The notes beneath the pieces are model-generated. The model did no database searches, was not told the DNA's origin, and worked only from the letters and a program-made list of their open reading frames with translations. Shown here in pieces: positions 1 to 11,174 of a DNA stretch of 64,000 nt; position 1 is the stretch's first letter; each line of letters begins with the position of its first letter. The DNA is taken from positions 55,800,001 through 55,864,000 of the forward strand of contig NC_043010.1 in the NCBI RefSeq assembly GCF_006345805.1, written 5' to 3'. The stretch is from Octopus sinensis. Lineage: Eukaryota. The position numbers and the translations under genes are program-made.

Positions 1-1050
1 GTCCCACTCCCGAACTATATGGCCGTTATATTGATGACTGTATTGGTGCAACCTCACTCTCCCACGAACATCTAGGCTCCTTCCTCTCTTTTGTCAAATC
101 TTTCCATCCCACCCTCCACTTCTCCTGCACTATCTCTGACACCTCTGTCTCCTTTCTTGACATTTCGGTCAGCATTCATCACTCCACTCTTACCACCTCC
201 ATCCACTACAAATACACAGACTCACACTCATACATCAACTTCTCCTCCCACCCTAAACACACCAGGATTTCCATCTATTTCCAATTCCTTCGTCTACACA
301 GGCTCTGTAGTGATGACCATGACTTTGAAACTTAGTCTCAACTCAGGGCTCGCCTCTTCATCCTGCATGGATATCCCCTCACCACTATCCACACTACCCT
401 TGCTAGAGCACGTTCCATGGATCATGCTTCTGCTCTCTCCCCTTGCACCTACCCTACCATCTCCCATCTCCCCTCACCTACCACCCCACCTCTCCAACGC
501 ACCATTCTCTGAGCCTTCCAGCGACTCCAGTCCGACCCCTCCACTGCACACATCTTCCCTAACTGAATCCTCCCCTCCTTCAAGCTAGCCCACAAGCTAC
601 GAGACTTCTTGGTCCACAGCTTCTTCCCTAACCCAACCTTCCAACCTGGCTCGCTCCCCTGCTCCCACCCATGCTGCTGCACTTGCCCCTACCTCTCCAA
701 CACCACCCTCCTCACTGGCACCCATCATCGACCCTATTACATCACCGACTCCTTCAACCGACACTGCACTTCTACCAATGTCATCTACTGCATCTCCTGC
801 TCTCTCTGCCCTTCTCTATACATCAGGAAAATGGGACATCGCTTGACTGACAAGTTCATGAAACACCTCCGAGACATCTGACTCAGCAATGACAACCTGG
901 TCTCGCACTATTTCTGTGCTCGGATTGTCCTTGCACAGGGGCCATCTGGACTCCTGTTTGTGCTGTGAACAGGGATTAATCTTCTCTCTTTGCTCCTTTG
1001 CACCACATGGGCTCAACTGTCCTCCCCTCTCCTCTCTCCTCCTCACACCT
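1..1050 (+). mobile_element. Penelope-like retroelement, degenerate RT C-terminus + GIY-YIG endonuclease
   Basis: YGRYIDDCIG (YIDD at 27-38), FLDISVSI...HYKYTDSHSY, FQFLRLHRLCSDD, then CTSTNVIYCISCSLCPSLYI...HLRDI; stops and frameshifts. Confidence 0.9.
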
Positions 1051-1599
1051 ACTTCCTCCCACCCACCTTTCGTTTCTTGCTCTGACTCCTACTTCTTCTC
1101 TTCACTCCTACTTTCCTTCTCTCTTCTCTTCACTCCTACCCACCTTCTCCCTTCTCCTTCATCGTCACCCCCTCTTGTAACCCAACCCACCCCTACACAA
1201 TCCAACCCCACCTTCCCTATCCATTCCATCCCACCCCACTCCATCTCTTACACCCACTCCCACATACCCCAACTCTACTACACCCTCAACCTAACCCACA
1301 CCCCACCCTTGCTTTCCCCACTCTCGTCTCCCCACCTCCCAACACCATTACACCACACCATACACCACTACACCACCTTACCACACACCACTTCACATTA
1401 CCACGCACACACTAGCACTGACCACTTCCCAGCCCCACATCCACACACCGACACATACACACACACGTCAAGGTCACCAGCCCTCTTCCACATGTGCATA
1501 CTCTCTTATACACACGCATGCGCATCTTCGTTTTGGGATCACCACTACTTTATTATCTCCCTTTCTTCCTAGCTCTCCTGTGTGATCCTTATGTCCGGC

Positions 1600-1960
1600 A
1601 TTCACCATGATAGATCGCTAGCCACTACACATTCTTTATTTTCTCTCCTTGTTTCTTTCTGTGTTCCTTTCTGTGGAAGACCATAGGTTCAAAACGTTAA
1701 AGACTTTTTCATTTCCTGAGCATTATACTAATACATCTGTTTGTTGTCTGCACCACTTGTCTTCGTCTTTTGGCTTTTTTTTTGTGAATTCTCTTTTTTG
1801 AAAACAGTTGTAGGAACAACAAGCAGGTGTATTAGTTGAACACTTGGGAAAAATGGAAAAGTCTTTTATGTTTTGAGTCAAAGTTCTTTGACAGAAAGGA
1901 TTGAGAGGAAAAAATGGAGAGAGAAAAACTGTGTAGAGTCCAACATGGTGAGATGACTGG
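1600..1960. repeat. Inverted pair of Penelope pseudo-LTR segments
   Basis: ~1620-1790 matches the reverse complement of ~1800-1930 (ctttctgt..aaga...aaaac.t.aaagactttt...ctaataca.ctg.ttgttgt). Confidence 0.7.
1667..1702 (+). ncRNA. Degenerate minimal hammerhead-like motif
   Basis: CTTT-CTGTGGA-AGACCATAGGTTC-AAA-ACGT-T-AAAG: stem I CTTT/AAAG, palindromic ACGT; core mutated. Mirror copy at 1863-1898 (-). Confidence 0.5.
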
Positions 1961-2314
1961 AAAAAAGAGCTTGAATGAACTGGAAATAATAATAATAATG
2001 GTAATGGTGACCCAACAAACTCAGGTGCACAAGCATGTGTGTGCACTTGAGAATGATGTGAGTGAGTGTGTGTGTGTGTGAATGGGGGAAAGTGAGTCTA
2101 ACGTATGTGTGTGTGTGTGTGTGTTGTGCGTAGCAGTTGATGCGTGTTCGTTCAGGTGGTGTGTGCACATGTGCATGTGTGTGTGTGCATGTGTGTAGTG
2201 TATGTTTGTGGGTGAAAGTTTGTCTATGCATGTTGCATGTGTTTATGGATGCTGCATGCATATGTATATATTGCCTGTGTGGATGTGGGAGTATGCATGA
2301 TATACATACATATA

Positions 2315-3345
2315 TCTATATCTTTATATAAAACTGAGAATGTGTGTCTGTCTGTGCGTTTCCCTAAAACTTGAGAACTACACAACCAATTTCATTCAAA
2401 TTTTACACATGCCTTACTTAGGGTCCATGTAGTTTCATGGGCAAAAAAAATGTTCAACTTCTTGCCTAGAGCGAGCCCATAGCAATATCATATCTTCTCC
2501 ACTATTTCAGTATTACGTGTTAAAAGTGAAACAAAGACATTTCTCTATTTTATGTCAGATACTTTCACTTTAACAATAAAAATAATAATAACAATTGAAT
2601 TATATGTAGTAAGTAATAATTAAAATCAAACTAAAGTATAATATAATCGTAACATAACATAAGTAAAAATAGCAATTGGTATAAAATTGCATCAATGAAT
2701 TGAACTTGAAACAGTGGTTTCACATGAATGGGAATAAATTAAAAATAAAATTAGTGTGCAGAAATGGAATAGTCCAGATGGATAATAAAAAATTAAATTA
2801 AAGAAAAGACTATTGTCTATAAAGTATACAATGTAGAGAAAAAAGAAGATTTGAACACATGGAGGAAAGCATCTTTGGAAAGTCTCTTGGTGCGACTATG
2901 AAAGATATCTAATCAGAGGCGGTAAATTCGCCACAATAGAAGCAAGGTTCGAGTCAACGGAGCGTGCAAGGGAGTACTCGACTCGAACTTGCAAAGTGGA
3001 AATATTTTATTTTTACCTTTATATCTGGGACGTAGGACATCCCGGAAAAAAATTTAAAATGCCCACCACCCCCAGAAGTAGAGGTAGGCTGGATTGTAAC
3101 CACACTTCTATACAAGAGGGAGGACAAGAAACAATTGATCGAAATTACAAGAGACGGGCTTACAATTCCAGTCTGTTATATATTTTGAGTATTGTTATCA
3201 CTAGCGATATCAAGATATAACTTTGTATTTTGTATTTTATGTGTAGATGTATATATATAGATGTACATGTAATATGTACACATATATATACACATATATA
3301 CATGCACTAGCACTATGACCCGGCTACGACGGGACTTTAATGCTA

Positions 3346-3346
<1 letters not shown>
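2315..3346 (+). mobile_element. Non-autonomous Helitron-like element
   Basis: 5' TCTATATCTTTATATAAAACTGAG...GTCTGTCTGT; 3' GC hairpin CCCGGCTACGACGGG (3319-3333) followed by CTAG (3343-3346). Confidence 0.65.

Positions 3347-3394
<48 letters not shown>
3347..3394. repeat. (TA)n microsatellite
   Basis: Direct reading. Confidence 0.95.
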
Positions 3395-3395
<1 letters not shown>

Positions 3396-3784
3396 TAGCA
3401 GTATCACCCGGTGTTGCTTGGGTTTGTTTTGACCCTTTAGAATTGGAATTTTTGAAAAGTAAAAATTTTGCATTATGCAACCTGTTATTCTCTTCAAGTG
3501 AACATTTTTCCAGTTGAAATACCCCTGAAAATGGTGACACAGCAGTCAAAAATCGTTAAAAATAGGGATTTTCATAGAAAAAAAAGCACCTTTTTGATGT
3601 AAATAATTTTTGCTGTTAACATGGTCCAGTTTGAATTTTATCTTCTACAGAATGAAGAGCAAGCCTTCTTCTATCATACTCTCAATTTCGGTCAACTTGC
3701 GCTGCAGGGTCTTGAAGGAGATAGTGTTAGTTGAAGGCTAGCAAACCTGCCACACACAGACAACATCAGCTTTATATATATAGA
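3395..3784 (-). mobile_element. Non-autonomous Helitron-like element
   Basis: On the minus strand starts TCTATATATATAAAGCTG and ends with hairpin CCCAAGCAACACCGGG + CTAGT; further similar 5' ends at ~3884 and ~4460. Confidence 0.65.
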
Positions 3785-4446
3785 TTTGCTACACACTACT
3801 TTCCAGCCTTAATAATGAAACTTGGTAGATCCAAAAGTTAAACACACACACACAGACACACAAGTTGAGTTTTATATATATAGATTTCTCAACGGGGATT
3901 TCAGGGGAGAGTTTCAGGGAGTCATTGGCGATGTATCGTGATGATCAAAAATCCATCCTGCGAAAATTTGGTTAAAGTGATTCAAACTGCAGACTCAACG
4001 CAAAATGGTCACATTTAATTCAAAGTGTTAAAAATGTTATGAAAACAATTGGTATGTGTTCACAAAGTCCAAACAATAAATACGAAAAAACCCTCCAGGC
4101 TACATCCTGAAAATTCATTTCTTTGCCGAATTTCTACAATGTTTACGGCGATTCGTTTTTATATCTTGATTTTTTATTTTTCATGCAATTTACGCATGCT
4201 TGCACGCGTAGTGAACACGGTTCATGTCAAACAGCTGACTGAGTAAAGTTCACTATTCAATTCATGGGATAAGGCCAAAACAAACACATTATCGATTTTT
4301 GCACTTGCGAGATAAATTTCGGAACAGAAATAGCACAGTTCAATTTTCATTTGCCTAAACTTTAAGTGACCCATTTTCGGTGGTTCTACGATTTGTTGGC
4401 TAGGAGGAGATGTTCCAGGAAGTTAAACACACAGACACACAAGTTG

Positions 4447-4482
<36 letters not shown>

Positions 4483-4485
<3 letters not shown>

Positions 4486-4945
4486 GGAAAAATGCAAGCA
4501 TAAAAATTAATATTCTTAAGATTATAAACCTGGAAAAGTATAGAACAAGCTATCATTTCTAGTAAAGTAAAGAATAGGAAACTTTTTACTTAAAATATTG
4601 CAGCAAAGAATGCCAGTTCTTCTAATTTATTACTCTTTACAGTTCTCATCTTTTAAATTTATTGTACAAAACTGTTCAGATAATTTGTAAGTTTGTCTAA
4701 CTAGTCACTTTTTTCTGTATTTAAGGTAGTAAATTAGCCAAATTCTACTTGAATAAATATAGTGTTATTTGTAAACTATGATAAAATAAGTTTCAATAGC
4801 TGCAATATTTTAAGTAAAAAGTTTCTTGTTCTTAACTAGAAATAAAACTTGTCCTGTACTTTTACAGGTGTAATAACTTGTCCTGTACTTTTCCAGGTTT
4901 ATAATCTTAAGAATATTACTTTTCATGCTTCCATTTTTTCATGTA
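4483..4945. mobile_element. MITE with ~65-bp TIRs
   Basis: 4483-4549 vs reverse complement of 4877-4945 share taatattcttaagattataaacctggaaaagta; TA context; local duplication 4847-4898. Confidence 0.7.
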
Positions 4946-5819
4946 ATCCATGATTTTTCCAGGCATTGCTCTTATAAGATAATTAATAATGTGTCAAATT
5001 AATGGCAGGAATTTTTACCATGTTGTTGGTTGCACCATGGCTCACCAAAAGTTACAAACAAGACCCCAAAACCATCAGTTACTAGGCTCACCTTAAGTAA
5101 CCTAATTTTTCCATATTAGGATGTCACAGGAATTCATTCAACAAAAAAAAATTTCCAATGATTCTAGGATTGGGTAGGTGGGGCGGTTCCACCACCTTAT
5201 TCTTTCTGAACCAAAATAAGGGAATTGCAGCATATTAGAAGGTCAGGGTACTTGATTCCATGCAAAAAATCAGATTTTTTGTTTCCTTTTCTTGGTGAAA
5301 ATTGTGCAGGTGTTAATATAGAAATTTACCATAATGTTGTTATTTAGTCTCAAATCAACCGTGACACTGCAAACCTATCATCAAAGACATTCCAGCCATC
5401 AGCAAACCGGTTTTTAGGGATAATCTAGGACATTACATATAATGAGCGTGTGATTTAGGTAGGGGATACTTTGGCTGCTATTTTTAGCATGTCAAGCGAC
5501 CAGGTAGAGGCTCTTTCATTGGTTCGATTGTGTGATGAGATTTTTTTTTTACACATATATGTAATATGTATATATATCATCGGCAGAAGTTAGAGAGTAA
5601 GTCAAAGGCTGAGAGTTTTGTGCATTGGCACTTATCAAACACGAATTTGTCCATTGTCACTCTGTAACTTCTGATGAAATACTGCTTCTAAAATACAAAA
5701 TTTTGTCAAAAATGTTAAGAGTAAACCCTGTTCCATGTGACACATTCTATCAGTATCAGTAGTTTCAAAGTGTTTAGTAAAAAAAAAATTAATTAAATAA
5801 TCTGAACATTAAACTGAAT

Positions 5820-5945
5820 AGATCCAAAATGGATAAAAGACAAAGTCGACCTTGGTGAAATTTGAACCCAAAACATAAAGACAGATGAAATACCACTAAG
5901 CATTTCTCCTGGCATATTAACATTTCTGCAAGCTTGATGTCTTAG
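5820..5945 (-). mobile_element. tRNA-derived SINE family A fragment
   Basis: Reverse complement of ttcaaatttcaccaaggtcgactttg family; other copies at ~11990-12170(-), 15645-15860(+), 39420-39620(+), 58130-58330(-). Confidence 0.7.
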
Positions 5946-6709
5946 AATGTAAGCACTCATTTTAGAAATATATTCTTTATTCTTATTGCTTGGGGTATCA
6001 CTTCTTACTTTCTCATTTACTGACATCAAATTTTGTGCATAACTATTTTTCTATTTTTAAAATTTATGTTAATTGAAGATGAATATCTGCCTTACTGCCC
6101 AACTTGAGGTCTGATATATTTTGATGTAACTTTTTTTCTATTGAACCAAATCTCAAACTATTTATGCCAAAGTTTAGCTGAGGAAGTCTCCTCTTTAAAA
6201 CTATTAACAGTCTGCAATTTAGTTGGGAACTGAATTAGTGGTGAAGCTTGGCAGCTGCTGCAATTGACACAATGGTTGACTTAAGAATATATTCAACCAC
6301 TACCGTGGTTGACTTAAGATTATGTTCACAATTTTATGACATATGATAAAACGAGTACTTTTATGCTTTCTGTAATCTTCTGGTTTATATAGCAGCAGTA
6401 TTAACTGATAGATATGTTTCACAATTAAAATATGTAGTGGAATGCTTGAAAGGCTCCAGCAAGCTGTATCCACATTATCTATTTAAATTTGATGCATAGA
6501 TTTCCAAAGCATGAAAATATGGGCTTGAATATCCACTTTCATTATTTATTTTATCGCCTCCAAAAGGAAAGGCAAATGGTGATAACAATGTGAGGAGGAG
6601 AATAATGGTAGACTATAGGCACAGTAGGGGGATGAGGAAAAAAGAGAAATATGTGGGAAGAATGTGATTTTTATCTTGCATGCTATATTTATCAATGTCT
6701 TTCTTCCAG

Positions 6710-6880
6710 ATTGAGAGATGTCGCCCTTACTTCATTTCTTTAATGGGAGAAAAATTTGGTTGGAGCCAGAGAGAAGACAAACCTGATATTGTCCTTAATG
6801 AGAGTTTTGATTATGCCATTGAGCATATCAGTGATTTAAAATGGTTGGAGGAGTGTCGTTATGGAGTCAGTGTAACACAG
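6710..6880 (+). CDS. Exon 1 (visible), DUF4062 part, phase 0-0
   Basis: ttccag|ATTGAG...ACACAG|gtagga; IERCRPYF...GVSVTQ. Confidence 0.9.
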
Positions 6881-9800
6881 GTAGGATGTAAATATTTAGT
6901 AAAGAGTGTTTGCGTGTTGCGTATGTGCCAAATATTGAGGATATTGAGATACTTTAAAATTACTGAAAGTCATGTGATTGTGGTGCATCTATTTTAGGGT
7001 ATAATCAATTATATCCACTTTGATTATTTATTTTATCACCTTCAAAAGGAAAGGCAAAGTTAATGGCACTATTTGAACTCAGAACCTGAATGGGTGAATG
7101 AAATATTATACGATACTTTTATTCCATGCACTCATTCTGTCATCTTTCAATATATGTGTGCCTGTCTGAAGGTAGATGACATTGCAGTTCGAGTATTGGA
7201 CTCCTGATTGTTAGGTTGATTGTACAATTCTCAGACTAAGTAATTTCAGTCCAGTGAAATCAAAATGGAGATCAGCAGATGCTGGGGAATTAATTCTGCA
7301 ACTCACTAGTGTTCTCTTCAGGGACAAGTCATGCACACTCAGTATACTAAGGTATACACCAGTTTAATGGGTCCATAGACTCCAGGAAGAACATATACAA
7401 ACAGACACACACATTTATGTAATAATAATAATAATAAATGATAGGCAATGGTCTCACTGCAATGTTTCATCAGGAGATTTTATTATGATGTAGCATCGTA
7501 CAGTAAGTTATGTGAGACTCTCAAATCATTAGGCAATCATATGTAAATCAATATTTGATTGGTTTTTAGACCAACATGTTGAATAACATATACATATATA
7601 TATATATATATATGTTACTTGTTTTAATCATTACACAGGACCATGCTAGGACACTGCCTTGATGAGTTTAGTCAAACAAATCAACCCTACATTATTTACA
7701 ACTGACGGATATTTGTCCTCATCTTGTTTGTTGTTAAAACAACGTTTCGGTTGATGTACCCTTTAGCCTTCATGAGGTGTCTTGGGGAAATTTCGAACCT
7801 GGGTTCTCATTCCTAAGGTATTTTTCGATTTTATTATTATTATTATTCAGGTCAAGACCATCCGAACGTTGCCAGCGCCGCCTTGGCTGGCTTCCGTGCC
7901 GCTGGCACGTTAAAAGCTCCAACCGATCGTGACCAATGCCGGACCCCCCCTGGCACCTGTGCCGGTGGCACGTAAAAAGCACCCACTACACTCGCGGAGT
8001 GGTTGGCGTTAGGAAGGGCATCCAGCCGTAGAAACTCTGCCAGATCAGACTGGAGCCTGGAGCAGCCCCTGGCTTCCCAGACCCCGGTCGAACCGTCCAA
8101 CCCGTGCTAGTGCGGAAAACGGACGTTAAATGATGATGATGATGATGAGGTCACTGCCTGGAATAAAACTCAGAAAATACCTTAGGAATGAGAACCCAGG
8201 TTCGAGATTTCCCTCAAACACCTGATGAAGGCTGGGGGGTATATCAGCCAAAACATTGTGTTAACAACAAACAAGATGAGGACAAATATCCGTCAAATAT
8301 AAATAATGTAAATAAATCAGCGCTAGTTCACAATTAAGGGATGGGGACACACAGACAAAAGCACAGCACCTGTGCCGGTGGCATGTAAAATGCACCTACT
8401 ACACTCACGGAGTGGTTGGCGTTAGGAAGGGCATCCAGATCAGACTGGAGCCTGGTGCAACCTCCTAGCTTCCCAGACCCCGGTCAAACCATCCAACCCA
8501 TGCTAGCATGGAAAATGGATGTTAAGCGATGATGATGATGATGATGAAGCAATTATGGATATAAACAAATTAGGCACAACAAACATATTAAATATATGAA
8601 GAATATCAAATACAAAATATGTATATATGTATACATGCAAAATGAGAGAAAGCAAAAGGTGGAAACTTTCAGATGATGAATTTATATATATTTATATAAG
8701 TAGAGAATATCTGGATTTCATCTGTGAACTATACACTCATAACACACACACACACACACAGGGTGCAATGGGTAAATTGTCACTAATTTATATTTTTCAT
8801 TTTGTGCATGCCCATTGTTTGTTTCTGAGTTTGTTGACTACACAGTACAGTAGGATCAATGGGGTACTGTCTGTGCGAAAATCAGAACCATGACACAAAT
8901 CACTCTGTCAGAAATTTGGAAACGACATGCTGTACTGTTTGAAATTTGCACCAGAAGCTCCAATATGAACAAATGGTGAACACACAGAACAACTGCTGGC
9001 TTGCTGTGTCCCCAAAACATGTATCAAGAATGATGAAAATCAAACATCCAGTCAACATCATGGTGTATGGAGTGATCTCAAGTGATGGCAAAGTTATGCT
9101 TCCATTTATCTTCCCACACAGAAGCCTGCATCAAGTGCCTGGAGGCGGTAGTGCTGCCCTGGGTCAAGAGAGTAGCAGCTGGAAGACCCTATGTCTGGCA
9201 ACAAGTCTCTGCACCATGCCATACAAGCAGGAGAACCCAGTCAAGGCTGTCAGACAATTTCTGTGACAACATCACCCCTAACATATGGCCACCTAACTCC
9301 CCAGAATGCAACCTCCTTGATCTGGGTTGCAGTTGTGTGAGGGACCAACAAAACTCCTTGTAACACCAAAGAGGAACTGAAGGCAAGGATTATGGTAGCA
9401 TTCACCAGCTTAGACAAGGGGATCGTCCAGAAGAGTTGCAGGAGATTCTGAAGTCATCCTTCACAATTTCCAGTCTTTTTTTGAAAGTTATTAAGGGAAA
9501 TGGATGGGTGAAATCTGACTCTTTCTTTTTTTTAATGATATATGATTGAATATTGATTGCTTAGTCTCTTCATCTTTTACTTTATTAGTATTTTATCCAA
9601 TTAAATAGAACTATGTTTTTATGCTTTATTTATAGGTATTTTAATTTACATAAGTTTTAATTTATGTTTTGTATGCCTGTGTTATTCTGGGATCAAAATA
9701 ATATATTTGCAAACAACTTTAGGCTGCACATTTTAATGCTGTTTGACACCATCATAAGTCATGATAGCTGAGTGAGAGTCAATGAAGGAAGTACCTCAGT

Positions 9801-11139
9801 CATTTAACACATATTTTCATTGTCACTGACTCTTTATCACTGTTTCATTGAAAGTTCTTCACTGGTTATTGGCTGAGTACTGATTAGGAGAGAGACAAGG
9901 ATTTTATACTAGGGTGATATTGTTTTACTTCATATTGCTCATTATGACTGTAGCATTGTTATATCACAGGCATAGCACATGTATTCGTGCTTGTATGTAT
10001 GGGAACAAGTATGGCTCTGTGGTTGAGAAGGTTGTTTCTTATCATGTGGTTTGAATTTTATCCAAAAATAGATTCAAATCAAATCCTCGTTCTGAATAGA
10101 ATTTCTACCCTTGTTGTTCTTCAGCTTGAAATTCAGCATGCTGTTCTGAATGATGTGATTAACTCCAAGGAACGGAGTTTCTTCTATCTAAGGGACCTAC
10201 CAGATACTCACCAAATCGACAATGAAGAATACAAAGTTGGTGCTTTTGCAGTTTGTTATGTGTTATGTGATATGGATTGTATGGGCTGTAGTGTGAAATG
10301 TTGGAGTATGGGAGCAAGTGGCATGATGAAGTGAAGTGTGGTAAACTCTTGTGTGATAAAGCAATATAATATATGGTGGAGTGCTTCGATGGGGATACTA
10401 CATGTTGTGAGGAAGAATGATGTAATGTGATGTAGTTTGGCATGGGAGGAATGTTGTGTGGTGTAGTGAATATAGGATGATATGGTCTGTGGTATGGTGA
10501 TGTTAATATTTTGTGGTCAGTGTTGTTAGCTCTTTTTATCAGGCCAACCCTGCTCCTGCAGACTTCTCATCAAAAAATGTCCAGTCATGAAATCCCATTT
10601 TTTAAATTCAAACATGGTGGATTGTGATGAAGGGATAATCAGGTGTTGCTTTATGTGACAGAGTGGAGTAGTGCGATACATTGGTGTGGAGAAGTGTGAG
10701 GTCAGCTTGAAGTGTTTATGTAACATGTTTATATATCATGAGCAACTCCATATGTTACAGGTAAACCTGCCAGAGTCAGAGTGGCACAAGGAAAGGCAAC
10801 AATCGTTGAAGAACTTGATTTTGTCAAACAAGGATTTAAACAGTAAGAAATACAAAACAACAAGTGAAGTCTGTGAATTTGTGAAAAAGGTAAGATCTGT
10901 GTCTATTGGCCAATGGTGCAATGTGCATACTGAGCTGGGTGACAACTTTATTTGCTGTAGATGCAGGTATATTAGATTTAAGGAAGGAGACAGGGAATTT
11001 GGTGACAACACTGGCTACAGCACCAACACTGCTGCTACTATTTATTATTGTTGTTACATGTATAGTCCTTCTCTCTTAACCTCTCTCGCAGACACACACA
11101 TGCTCACATATAAGTATTTTGTGTGTGTATATGTATATA

Positions 11140-11174
<35 letters not shown>

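Larger units (their letters stand above)
7690..8308. repeat. Palindromic element with ~137-bp arms, each carrying a hammerhead motif, interrupted by an RTE tail
   Basis: 7690-7826 vs reverse complement of 8172-8308, about 18 mismatches in 137 by eye. Confidence 0.9.

Noticed and set aside
91-1572. 165-aa and 227-aa Pro/Ser/His-rich ORFs
   Set aside because: Off-frame readings of the Penelope remnant and its C-rich 3' region.
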